Shown piece after piece: positions 35,514-46,600 of a DNA stretch of 64,000 nt. Source of the DNA: Monocercomonoides exilis PA203 (lineage: Eukaryota > Protista > Preaxostyla); the NCBI GenBank assembly GCA_001643675.2, contig LSRY02000020.1, positions 744,001 through 808,000 on the forward strand. Reading direction: 5' to 3'. Position 1 is the first letter of the stretch; each line of letters opens with the position of its first letter. The notes beneath the pieces were generated by a model. It saw only the letters and a program-made list of their open reading frames with translations. It ran no database searches and was not told the DNA's origin. The position numbers were made by a program, and so were the translations under genes.

Positions 35514-37964
35514 TTACAGAAGAAACATTTGATTTCTATTCAACGCACTATTTATGCGAAACTCTCTTTTCTTGTAATCTCTTTTCAATTCATTTATTTC
35601 TCTATCAAAAATAAGTCCACATTCTTTTTCAATCTGTGAAAAACAGCAAACAACTGGAGGATATTCTTTGATTTCGTTCACAAGTTCTGCAGCTGTCGAA
35701 TGAAGCGGCTCGGTCAGGTAAATTCCTTTGCGTTTCAGTCGCTTGAGCTTTCTGATTTGTGTTTGCCGATCGTAGAATCGAGGCAGAAGCTCCTCCGAGT
35801 CAAGAATTGTCTCCTTTACTATTTTATCTAAATCAAATGGAAACATGGAATTGTCGATAAGTGAAAAGGGAATCTGTTTTTCTTCAAAAGCTGTTGATTG
35901 GAATGCAAATGATGGATCATGAACAAAATTTTGCTGCCTGTCTGGGCGTGTCAAAGAAGAAGATATCGATTTTGATGAAGAAAAAGGAGATGGATGTTTT
36001 CTTTGAATGAGTATTCTTTCAGAAAAACCCTTTTGAGAAGTTTGGTTTTTCATTTCACTTGAAGGTTGGATAGATGACAAATTAGGTATTCTTTGAGTGA
36101 GAAATGAAGAATGGTGCCCATTCACAAAATGAGGTGAAAGAATAGATTCGACAGATAAATGTAACCTACTAATAGATGGTCCAAATTCAGAAGTCGAATG
36201 CTCTGGCAAAGCTTCTAACGAATGTGCATCTCTCGAAATTAAAGGCATAGCGTTTCTACAGCTACCATCAAAAGCCTCTATTTCACTCGCTTCAAAATTA
36301 AATTGTGAATTTTTAAGTTTGCCCGTTTTATTTTTACTTGAATCATGACGATTAGTCAAATTGTTTGAGTAACCCTCATTAAACACCTTTGCAGTCATTT
36401 GACTGTTAAAATTCTTCAGTCCTTTGGAATCTCTGTGTAATTTGAAGCGCTCCAAATCAGACATTTCAGCGTACTCCGTAGATTGCTTCAGTTTGATTTC
36501 CATTTTCTGAATCTTGTTTGCAAACTCTGAGTGTTTCCAGCTGGGTAGTTCTTTTCCTTCCTCTTTGAGCATCGTCTTCAGCTCTTCCAGTGTCGGCTCT
36601 TGGACTTTTCCTTCTTTAACTTCATCTTCTTCCTGTTTCTCCTTCTTTCTGTATTTGGACTCTGCTTCTTCCCACAGCTTCATCTCATATTCATCTTCTA
36701 TCCAGTCTTTGCACACCCACTCGTCATACAACTTCATAAACTGTTTTGCTTCCTTAATCTGTTTTTTGATTAAGTGCCTTCGCTTTAACAGCTGTTTCTT
36801 GTCATCGCTTAAAAGTTCGCTGGCACCCTTTGGAAGGACTTTCGTTTTCTGTTTAAGATCATCCGTTTTTTCATTTAACGTATCTTCATGAAACACTTCA
36901 TCGATGTCTGTTTTCTCATTTTCAAAAATTCCTTTATTAATGCCATCAATAGCATTTTCTGAAACCGAATCTTGACTTTTTTGGTAATTGTTTCTTGTTA
37001 GTTTTGATCTCCCTTCAGTTGACTCTCCAATTGTTGCGTCTTCTTTCTTCCATCTCTTTATCATCATTCTCTTCTGGAGCTCTTTCACATTCGAAGCCTT
37101 CTCGCCCTCAAGCCCACATTCCATGTCAAAGCAATATTCGCTTTTCCTTGTGGGCTGTGGACGCCAGTGTGTTATGTTATTTTCTAGGAGAGGGTCAAGA
37201 TAAGGTGACTGTGGTCTTTTATCTGAAAGATGTTCTTCGAGATTGCTTGTAACTTGTGATGTAGCTCCAGATAGCCCTGTCAATTCTTCAATCGCCGGAG
37301 GAAAGAGATAAGCATGTTTCAATTTAAATTTATTTTGTGGAGCCTTAACTACCTGTATGTTTTCTTTCTCCGGTTCAATTGAAATATCAGGAAGATGTTG
37401 AGTGTCTTGTACCATTTCCATTGTTTCGCTAAGTAATTCTGATTTTTTTTCACTTTCAATTTGCGTTTGATGTTCCTGTTGCGCTGCTTGTCTCCTGTTT
37501 GTCTGATAAGCAATTGAAAATTCTTGCATAATTGTAAAGGTGGTTTCGTCGACATCTTTGATATTAATATGCTCCGTTTTATTTTGTTTTTCTTGTTCAT
37601 TTTCTCCTTTGGCTTCAAGTTGCAAAGTCGAATTTACCTTTTTGTTTACAAGCGGAATAAAAATATCTTTCTTTCCATAAGAATTATTCCTTTGTAAATT
37701 TAGTGTTGATGGGTTTTGTTTCGAAATTGTGCATGTGATGGATGGCGTTTTGTAAGAATTAGTTTGTGAATAATCTGGTTGGTTCGAATAAAAACCATCC
37801 ACAACATTTTCAGTTGTATTGTGCTTGTACAGCGGACGTGACAAAAAATCAAAATCAGAGTGGAATTCGTGCAACGAGCTTGACTTTGATAACATTATCT
37901 TTTGTGCTTCTGTAAATTCTTTAACTTGAAATGGAAACGAAGATTCTGAGAAGAACTCTTTCAT
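35514..37964 (-). CDS. Hypothetical protein (816 aa or more) with a charged, coiled-coil-like centre; 5' end unresolved
   Basis: 2.45-kb uninterrupted ORF in AT-rich DNA. The frame stays open upstream to a TTTCAG acceptor near 38035, so an earlier exon is likely. No domain recognised. Confidence 0.75.
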   Translation of the reverse strand: MKEFFSESSFPFQVKEFTEAQKIMLSKSSSLHEFHSDFDFLSRPLYKHNTTENVVDGFYSNQPDYSQTNSYKTPSITCTISKQNPSTLNLQRNNSYGKKDIFIPLVNKKVNSTLQLEAKGENEQEKQNKTEHINIKDVDETTFTIMQEFSIAYQTNRRQAAQQEHQTQIESEKKSELLSETMEMVQDTQHLPDISIEPEKENIQVVKAPQNKFKLKHAYLFPPAIEELTGLSGATSQVTSNLEEHLSDKRPQSPYLDPLLENNITHWRPQPTRKSEYCFDMECGLEGEKASNVKELQKRMMIKRWKKEDATIGESTEGRSKLTRNNYQKSQDSVSENAIDGINKGIFENEKTDIDEVFHEDTLNEKTDDLKQKTKVLPKGASELLSDDKKQLLKRRHLIKKQIKEAKQFMKLYDEWVCKDWIEDEYEMKLWEEAESKYRKKEKQEEDEVKEGKVQEPTLEELKTMLKEEGKELPSWKHSEFANKIQKMEIKLKQSTEYAEMSDLERFKLHRDSKGLKNFNSQMTAKVFNEGYSNNLTNRHDSSKNKTGKLKNSQFNFEASEIEAFDGSCRNAMPLISRDAHSLEALPEHSTSEFGPSISRLHLSVESILSPHFVNGHHSSFLTQRIPNLSSIQPSSEMKNQTSQKGFSERILIQRKHPSPFSSSKSISSSLTRPDRQQNFVHDPSFAFQSTAFEEKQIPFSLIDNSMFPFDLDKIVKETILDSEELLPRFYDRQTQIRKLKRLKRKGIYLTEPLHSTAAELVNEIKEYPPVVCCFSQIEKECGLIFDREINELKRDYKKREFRINSALNRNQMFLL

Positions 37965-38599
37965 AAATGACGTTGTTGTGACTTCTTTTCGTTGAATGGA
38001 ATCTGATGATTCCGTATTTAAGAAGGAAATAACTGAAATATTAAAAGTAAGCCCTGTTTCAAAAGCTCTAAAGTGTTATCAAACATTCATTTTTTAAAGT
38101 ATTGATTTTGTTGAAGTTATTATTATCAATTAAATTCGCTGGAGTTGAAACTGCATCGTCAAATGCATCTTTCTGATTTTTTTAAAATCAAAGTATTTAC
38201 CAGTGAGCCAACAGTGTAATTAAAAAGTTGATGATAGCAAACGTTGAATTTTTCGTAGTGTGAAATTTTTTGTGAACTCATTCGCTATAAGCAAGATTTG
38301 CAAACATCCATTTTATATTATAATGGCATTTTTTTTTTCTTCACATGTGAATGTTGTTATTTTACGCACGAAAAGATTTACTAATTATAGTTTTTTCAAA
38401 TATAATTTCAGCACCATTCACAATATATTTCTTTGATTTTTTTTCATTTTTTTTTTACGAATGATGAAAAAATCTGTATGAAGAAATTCGAATGAAAAAT
38501 TAGGAAAATCACAATTATCTGAATGCCCTCAATCAAATCAAAGAAGGTTGTCGAAAATATCACAAAAAATAAATACGCCCATATTATATATTTTTCAAA

Positions 38600-39271
38600 A
38601 TGGAATTTGTTTGGGATTCTATTCCAAATGTTCAAACTGCTTTGACCGAAAGGTTTGCTAAATATCAAAATTATTTTATTTTGAAAATGAATTCAAATAT
38701 CAAAGTTCAACGAAAATGACTTATCCAAAATTAATAGTCGTTCTTTTTTTAACTCCATGGAATCCAACTTCAAAAAGCACAGCTCGCTCTTTTCTTGAAA
38801 TAGTTTCAAGTGGTGAATTTCCGAATGTGAAGATATTTTTTGTTAACATTGAAGATGAATTGGCAAAGTGCAAATCTCTTTCGTTTGAAATATTCATTTC
38901 CTTTTAAAAAAAGAAGAATTATTTGTTAAAAATCGTTTAGAATTCACACAACACCTGCAGTTCAATTTTTCTGGGGTGGAAAGATATTAACCATCCGAAG
39001 GCCTGATTGGGATGATGATAACAAATGTTTGAAAATTATTTTCTTTATTTTTTCAAATATTTTCTTGTTGTTTGCAATTTCAATTTTAAAATGTGAATAG
39101 TCGTTGGAACTCTTCCAAAAGAGCATGTTTGATTTTCCTTTTTATTTCATGATGATTTATTATTATTTATTGAAACAATTATTGTTTATTGACTTTCAGT
39201 GGATTGAACTTATTCATTACATTTTTGATGCGTGCTCACGAGGAGAAACGACCATGTTCTCGAGATTTTAG
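38600..39271 (+). CDS. Dim1/Dim2 (TXNL4)-like thioredoxin-fold protein without CxxC (5 exons)
   Basis: Four introns with GTTTG donors give MEFVWDSIPNVQTALTESSTKMTYPKLIVVLFLTPWNPTSKSTARSFLEIVSSGEFPNVKIFFVNIEDELAKCKSLSIHTTPAVQFFWGGKILTIRRPDWDDDNKFVGTLPKEHWIELIHYIFDACSRGETTMFSRF*. Thioredoxin-like pattern with a Dim-type C-terminal extension. Confidence 0.7.
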
Positions 39272-39377
39272 CAAAAAAATATTTATCACTTCATATGTGT
39301 TTAAAAAAATTTCAGTTCAGATTTTTTTTTTTTTTTGATAATTACTTTGCATTTCTGCAATAAAATATAAAAAGAAT

Positions 39378-40528
39378 TTAAAGACATCTTCTAATAAGTC
39401 TGTTAATCATTCCCATTCTGTTTCCTGCTGCTCCTCCTTCGACAAAGTGCCTCAACTTGCTCTTCTTGTATCCTCCTCTTGGTGAGTTCATCTTGAATGG
39501 CCATAAGAAACGGTTGCATTTGGCAAAGTGTCTTCCGATTGTCACAATTTGCCAGATCAAATCGTCCAATGTCTTAATCTTGTATCTGCCCAATGCACGT
39601 GCAATCACTTTGTTTGAAGTGAGAGGAATTCTTTGTCCATTAATCTTGGCATATCCACGCTTAACGAGAAGAGCACGGATGGTTCTGACACTGGGATATC
39701 CAATGGCAACATATGGCTCAATGACTTTGAGCATGTTAAGTGTTGCTTTTGTGAGGCGAACGAAGACGCCATTGTGGATTTGACGAAGACGGAAAAGTTG
39801 AAGGATCTTTCTTTGTTTTGGTGGAACTCCATTCACACCGCGCAGACGCATCACAAAGGCAAGCTTGGGTTCTGGTGGAACATAGAAGTTGCCTTTCTTT
39901 TCAGCTTTTCGATGGAGCATAATTCTCTTCTTTCTATCTTTCTTGTATTTGCGGTTGTATTTTGCTGCACGAATTGCCCCCATTGTTCTTTCTCTCAGCG
40001 CTTCAATCTTTCTTTCTTTCTTCAGTGCAAATCGCTTGCGAATTCTAGCTTCTTTTTTTGCAACCTTCTTTACAACACTTTCTGGAGCTACGCGAAGACG
40101 TTTTGCTCGGTGTTTCAATTTTAAAAGAAAATATGTTATTTGTGAATTTGCCAATTCTTGCGATGCTAAAACAGGATTAATTAATTCGCTTTGGGGTATC
40201 GCACATTTAATAAGACCAGCATTTATCTTGAAAAGGATGATCAACTGAAATCAAAATAAACAAAAAGAAATACTTTTTTCCAATTCTCTGTTCGGGAAAT
40301 AACATTCTTTGGATCTGCATCAAATTCTTCGATCAAACTCGGACAAAGTTTGTTGAGAATTTCGCAGACAACAGCTCCTTTTGCAAGATCCTCAGGAATT
40401 TTTATTTCCTTTTTGAGCAAATGCTTAACCCATGAAGTTACAGATTTTATTCTTCGTGAAATAATAAGCACTCTTCTTTCTGCTTTTTGTTTGGTTTTGC
40501 TCTGTGCAATCGGAAAAACCATCTGCAA
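39378..40528 (-). CDS. RPL7: 60S ribosomal protein L7 (uL30) with an N-terminal calponin-homology domain (2 exons, 367 aa)
   Basis: uL30: [72 protein letters not shown]. Exon 1 (40528-40274) and the start of exon 2 (from 40226) encode a CH-like sequence. The RPL7 identity is near certain; the fusion is less so. Confidence 0.88.
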
Positions 40529-40599
40529 TGTTGATCGAGTTTTTCAAAAAGATATAATATAATTTCAAATATTTGATCTCTCAACATAATAAAGATCTA
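40529..40599. promoter_or_regulatory. Putative minimal bidirectional promoter
   Basis: Only 71 bp of AT-rich DNA separate the divergent ATGs at 40528 (-) and 40600 (+). Confidence 0.5.
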
Positions 40600-41140
40600 A
40601 TGTCATTTTCATCGGCTTCTCCTTTATTTTTAGGGCGATGCCAGGCAAATAAACCAACACAAAAAGGATGGGAATTAATTGGAGATATTTATTTATCAAT
40701 TATTTGCGATGAATCGTCGAAAATGTTTCGACTAATTGGCATTATTGCAAGCGAAGAAGTATTTTTTCAATATTTTTATTTAATTTGCTTTTCAAATATA
40801 TATTTCTTTGACTTAGAAATATGTTATTAATGATTATGTTGGAACCGATGATCCAAAGCAAATGACTCATCTTTTCGTTTCAATAAAGACTTATAATGGA
40901 ATGATATATGGATTCAACTTCTACCAGGAGAAAGATGCTATGAATTTTTTGAATTGTATTAAAAAATGCAGTCACCCAGATACAAAGGAAGATGTAAATA
41001 TCAGTCCTCCTGTTTCGGAAGATAAATCAAAAAAAGATGAAGTTTTAAAGTTAATTGATGATTTTGCAAGAGAGATTCACAAGGCTGTTGATGATAAAAT
41101 TAATGAATTGAGGAGCCAAGTTCTAACTATCATTTCATAA
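40600..41140 (+). CDS. EVH1/WH1-domain protein with a C-terminal coiled coil (160 aa, 2 exons)
   Basis: Intron 40759-40816 (GT-AG) joins KGWELIGDIYLSIICDESSKMFRLIG to YVINDYV...THLFVSI...IYGFNFYQEKDAMNF, the W...R..G...VIN...F...YGLNF...DA..F pattern of EVH1 domains. Confidence 0.8.
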
Positions 41141-41407
41141 CTTTCAACGATTTTTCTTCACCTTTTCACATTTTCATATTACATTTGTTTAAACTTCAAT
41201 GCATTTTTATTTTTCTCACAATTTTTTCAAAAGCCAAAAAATATACAATAAAATGAAGTGAAATGAAAAACGCATAAATAAAAATAAACAAGTGTAATAA
41301 AAAAAAGCTTTAAAAGGTTAAATGTTGAAAGAAAATAACCACAAGAGAAAAAAATAACAGAGTTTCAAACAATAAACAAAATGATTCTTAAAGAATACCG
41401 AAGAACA

Positions 41408-43571
41408 TCACTTAATTTCAAAGCCTTCGCTTCCTTCTCTCAGGGCAAATAAAACTTTTGAGTGAAGAATATCATAAGAAGAATAATTCGGAATATCAAA
41501 TTCATTGAAGCAGGCGTGAGCGGTGGGAAGGTTAGAATCACCCCGTTCAGTTTCAATTCTCAAAGCGAAAGTTGGATTGTATGACGCAAATCCACCAGGT
41601 TTAACTTGGGACGATCCAGTGCAGAATTTGACAAACCTAAATAGGCAAAAATAAATAAATAAATAAATAAATAAATAAAAGTTAAAAATAAAATAAAAAA
41701 AGGAGTGAAAGAAAGAGATGAAAGGGAAAAAATGAGGAATGATGAAAAAAGTGGAATAATTCGTCGAATAATCAGAATTAATAATGATGAAAATAATGAA
41801 AAATGCATTTCCATACAGCTGTCTGTCGTAATTCGAGATATTTCTCAAAAACATAAAGAAGTTTTGAGCGGTTTTATGTGATTTGTCGTATGGATACAAA
41901 ACACGGAAGTTCCTGTTGTGGATGAGTTATCAGTGAAAGATGAATGTTTGAATGAAAAAATATAAAGAATAATAATAACAACAACAAATTATCGACACAC
42001 TTTATCATGTCTTCCACATCGACTTCGTTTTCTCCGCAGAGCATAATCCTCAGCTCCTCCGCTCTCAAAAACGAGAGGGCGTCGACATAAACGCCAAGCA
42101 CATCTCTCACCCCACTCTGAATGGAATCCAAATACACAGAGACCGAAATAACAGTGCGGTACTCGACCAGTTTCTGCAGGTAGTCCATCTTGTTTTCCTC
42201 TTTCACTGCGATTCTGCTGCCTCCGCGGCACAAGTCAACAGTCGTGCCGTCTGCTTTGTCTTCGGAGAAGGTCAGCTCAAGCGACTGCATCTCAGAGCTG
42301 TTCATGTCCTGGTCTTGGATGAAGCGGACCTGAGGGAGAGGGAGGGAAAGGGGGAAAGGGGAAAGGGAGGGAAGGGAAGGGGAAAAAAAAAAATAGATAG
42401 ATAAATAAGGAGAGAAGAAGGAGAAATAAACAGAGGGTGAAGAAAGAATGATGGAATAGGAAAGTTTGAAACGTGGAAAACAAAAACGAAAATAAAAAAA
42501 GAAAAAAAAAATTAAAGAAAAAGTTAAAACATTTGTCCAAATCAAAATATAATCCAATCTCATCAATTATCATCATCAGCACCACCAATCAATCAATCAA
42601 TCAAAAAGCCAACCAACCAATGAACCAATGAACCAATTAATCAACCAATTAATCAATACCTTCATCTTATAGAACGTCGGATCGTCCATGGCGCAGTCCG
42701 CCACGGTCACATGCTGCCTCAGAATGTGTTTCAGCACCGTCTGCCCAAAGGGAATGGGGAAATGCGCCCCCATCATCAGCGCCCAGCCGATCACTCGCCC
42801 AACAAAACGGCATTCTTTTATGTGCTTGTCACGCTGACTGTGGTCTTCTTCCAGTTTGGGGTTGATCAGAAACACCTGGCTTTCATCAGGCAGGTAGAAC
42901 AATGCAGGGGCAGATGAACAACTAGAAGGAGAAGAAGAGGAGGAAGAGGAAGAAGAAGAAGAGGCAAAATCCATCTCCTTCGAGTTATCTGCTGCTGCAA
43001 TGAGGTCAGCAGCCAGTATCTCCAGCCACTCCCTCAGCAACCCTCCATCGTCAATTCCTGGCTCGTTTTCAAACGAAACCTTCAGCCCTCTGTTCACCGT
43101 CATCCCGGATTTCATCGCCTGCTCAAACGACGAGGCAAACAGATTGCTTCTGTTCACATTGATCTTCATCGTGCCCTGCCCTTCCAGTGGCGCCAGCGTC
43201 TTCTTCACCCGCGCCGCCACTTGCTTGATCCGCTCAGTATCCCTCGTCGTCGCAAACGTCATGACGACTGCTGCTATCAGCGAAACGCTCTCCTTCGCTC
43301 TGTTCGTGTCAAACACAATCGTACCGTCTGTGGGCGTTGTCACAGAAATCAGCTTGTCCCGCTCGGAAATCGCAACTCTTGTAGCAGACGACAGAATCAT
43401 CATGCCCACTTGGCTCTTCCAGAAGAACATCTTCTGCTTCTCTATCAGCAACAGCTGTGGCTCCACAATTATCTTCGCCCGCACTCCTTTCTTCTTCCCG
43501 TAGCGCTTCAGCTGCTCCGCGTCCCGCTCGAAGGAAAGATCGGTAGAGCCGATGGTCTTCATTGGTGGAGG

Positions 43572-43605
<34 letters not shown>

Positions 43606-46600
43606 AGAGAAACTTGGGTGCGGGAGCGGGCAAAGGGGGAGGTTAGAGGAGAAACGGAGGAGGCGGTGAATGTGGGGGAGACGGAGCGGGTGTTGAAAGC
43701 AGGGAGGGAAGAAGAAGGAGAAGGGGAAGAAGAAAGGGAAGAAGAAGGAGGAGGAGAGCGAGAAGAAGGAAAAGAAGAGGGAGAAAAGGAGAAAGTGAAC
43801 GGAGAGGAGGAGGAAGAAGAAGAAGAAGAAGAAGAGCTGTCAGCAATCGGGTGATTGTTGATGTGGGAGCGGAATGAAGTGATTGGAATGTTCTGATAGC
43901 AGATGAAGCACCTGAGTGTGTCCTGAGTGGAAGAAAGAGAGGCAGGAGGAGTGGTGGCAGGGGGGGTATAGCCAGAAGGGGAAGGTGTATCAAATTCTTC
44001 TCTTTCTCTTTCTCTGTTATTGTTATTGCTATTGTTGGATCTATGGGAGTTGAAGGTGAAAGGCGGGGTGTGTGGAAGAGGAGGAGGAGAAGTCGAAGAT
44101 AATGATGAAAATGAAGAATAAGAAGAAGAAGAAGAAGATGATGATGATGATGATGATGATGTATTTCTCGTTGCATTTGGTCTGTAATGAAACGGATCCT
44201 CGGCCAAACTGCTGGGCTGCCTCTTATTGCGCCTATCATTTGTTGTCTCGTCTTCTGCTTCTGCTCTATTTCCTGTTTCTTCGTTCCTCCTTCCTCCTCT
44301 TCCTCTTCTTCCTCCTTCTCTTCCTCCTCTTCTTCTTCTTCTTCGACTCTCCTGTATTCCTTCTTTTCCTTCTTTTCCTTCTTTTCCTTCTTCTTTCTCT
44401 CTCCCTCCCTCCCTTCTTCCTTTTCCTCCACTTCTTTCTCCTCTCTCTCTTCTCCTCCTTCTCCTTCTCCTTCCCCCATTCCCCAAAAGCATCTCTTCTT
44501 CTTCTTCTTCTTCTTCTCCATCTCCTTTTTCTTCTTCCTCTCCCCTCCTCCTTCTCGTCTTCTGTTCCTTCCTTCTTCTTCTTCTTCCACTCATTCCTGA
44601 CTCATTCACTGAACCTGGCTGAGCATCTAACAATGAAACTGAAGATGAAAAAGGAGAAGAGAAAGAAGAAGATGATGACGACGAAGCTTTAAACAGCTTG
44701 TTCAGCTCGCTGTCATCCACATCAGCCAAATGCTGTTTCCGCATCCTCCTCTTCTTCCTCTCTTCCTCTCTCTTTCTCTCCATCTCCCTCTTTTCTTTCA
44801 AAAACCTCTGCTTCCTCCGCTGCCTCTCTGAAATCGCTGCATCATAACCTCCGAGCCCTTCCCAGTGGCTTTGTGATTCAACTTCTTCTTCTTCTTCTTC
44901 TTCTTCTTCGATTTTCTTCTCTTCTTTCTCATTCAACTCCAATTCGCTGTTGAAGCTTTCGTTTAAGATCCTATGTGCTCCTCTTTCTGTTCCCCCTCTT
45001 ATTCTTCCTCCTCTTCCTCCTCTTCTTCTCCCTCTTCTTCTCCACTCTATCTCCCTCTCCCCTCTTCCCCAAGTTCTCGTCACATCACCCTCTTCTTCTT
45101 CTTCTTCTTCTCTATCGCCTCCTCTTTTCACGCTGTAATCTTCTTTTTCTTCCTCATCTCCACTAACCTTCCTGTCATTCTCCTCCAATTTCCTCTCTTT
45201 TGTCTCTGATAGCTTTTCGAGTTTGTTTGCCTCGTCCAGCAGCCGGCTCAGCCTCTCCCGCGCCTCTTCAAACGACGTCTGATGAATCGTCTGTGAATTG
45301 TTCGGTGCTTGTGGTTGAACTGTGCTTCTTTGCTCTTTTATTCCTGTTGTTCCATATCTTCCCCTGGTTGCAGCTGTACTTGTACTTGCATTTGAGCCTG
45401 CTGTTGATAAGCCAGCTGTTGCTCTTCCAGCGGTATTTGTTGTCTGAATCCTCGAACGATACGTTGAATGAGAACTTAAATAAGAGCTTGTATTAGATGA
45501 TGAATTCGAATTAAAATTTGAATTAAAATTTGAATGAGAAGGTGTCTGTGATGCACCCCCACTTCGTTCTGCCCCCAGCATCGCTGCCATTTCCGGCCTG
45601 TGTGTCGCATAGTGTGCCCCATAGCGAGAGAAGGGAATCATGTCATGGCAGATATCACACTCTACTGGGAAGTCATCATCATCATTATTATTATCATTAT
45701 TAGAGCTGGCTTTGTTTTCTCCTTCTGCTTCGTTTGCTCCTGCTAACCCTTCTGTTCTGCTTGTTCTGTTTGTTCCTATTCTTCCCATTGCTCCTCCTTC
45801 CTCTTCATTCCCCACTTCCTCTTCTCCCCAGTTCCTCGCAAAGTCCTCAAATCTTGCCTCTATCCCATCTCTTGTTCTAATTCCACTGGCATTCGCTCCA
45901 GACGGCTGAGGAAGCGGCGGAGCAGCAGGAATGCGAATGCTCGTTTTGCCCCCTTCATCACTTGCCTCCTCATTCATAATTCGGCTTCTGTCATTCCACA
46001 TGTCATCGGAGCTGTCATCTGAGTCAAACCAGACCTCTCTATCACTGCTCTTCATGCGCCTATCAAAATGAAGGCTGTCTGCTTCCTTTTCGCTCTCGGA
46101 GAAATTCGGAGTTTCTCCGGCTCTGATAAAGTCGTACTTTGTTTCCAAAGTTTGTAAAAGACTTTCAATATGACTTAACTCTTTTTCTGCTTCAATGGAT
46201 TTGCCATCTTCTTCATCAACATCATCTTTTTTCTCTTCTTCTTCGTCTTCGTCTTCTTCTTCACTTTCATCATCTTCTTCCTCCTCTTCCTCCTCTTCCT
46301 CTTCACTTTCATCATCATCATAATCATCCATATCCTCTTCTTCTCCTTCTCCCTCTTCTTCTTCATTGCCAAATTCATTTCTTTTGCCATAGCGCAGTTC
46401 AAGTTCTCTTCTTTCGTTCGGAGTGAGCAAGTCGATTCCATCCAAATCGTCGCTTGCTCCGCTTGTATTTGTGGGAGTTGAAGAAAAAGAAGAAGATGAA
46501 GAAGAAGAGGAGAAGGAAGAAGAAGATGATGAGGAGGAGGAGGAAGAAGAAGAGGAAGAGGAAGATGAAGGTGTGGAGGCAGCCGATGAATGAGCAGAAT

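Noticed and set aside
39378-40244. RPL7 starting at 40244 as listed in the ORF track, or being Rlp7/RPL7L1
   Set aside because: 40244 is a TTG next to a splice acceptor, not an ATG, and the core motifs match true uL30.
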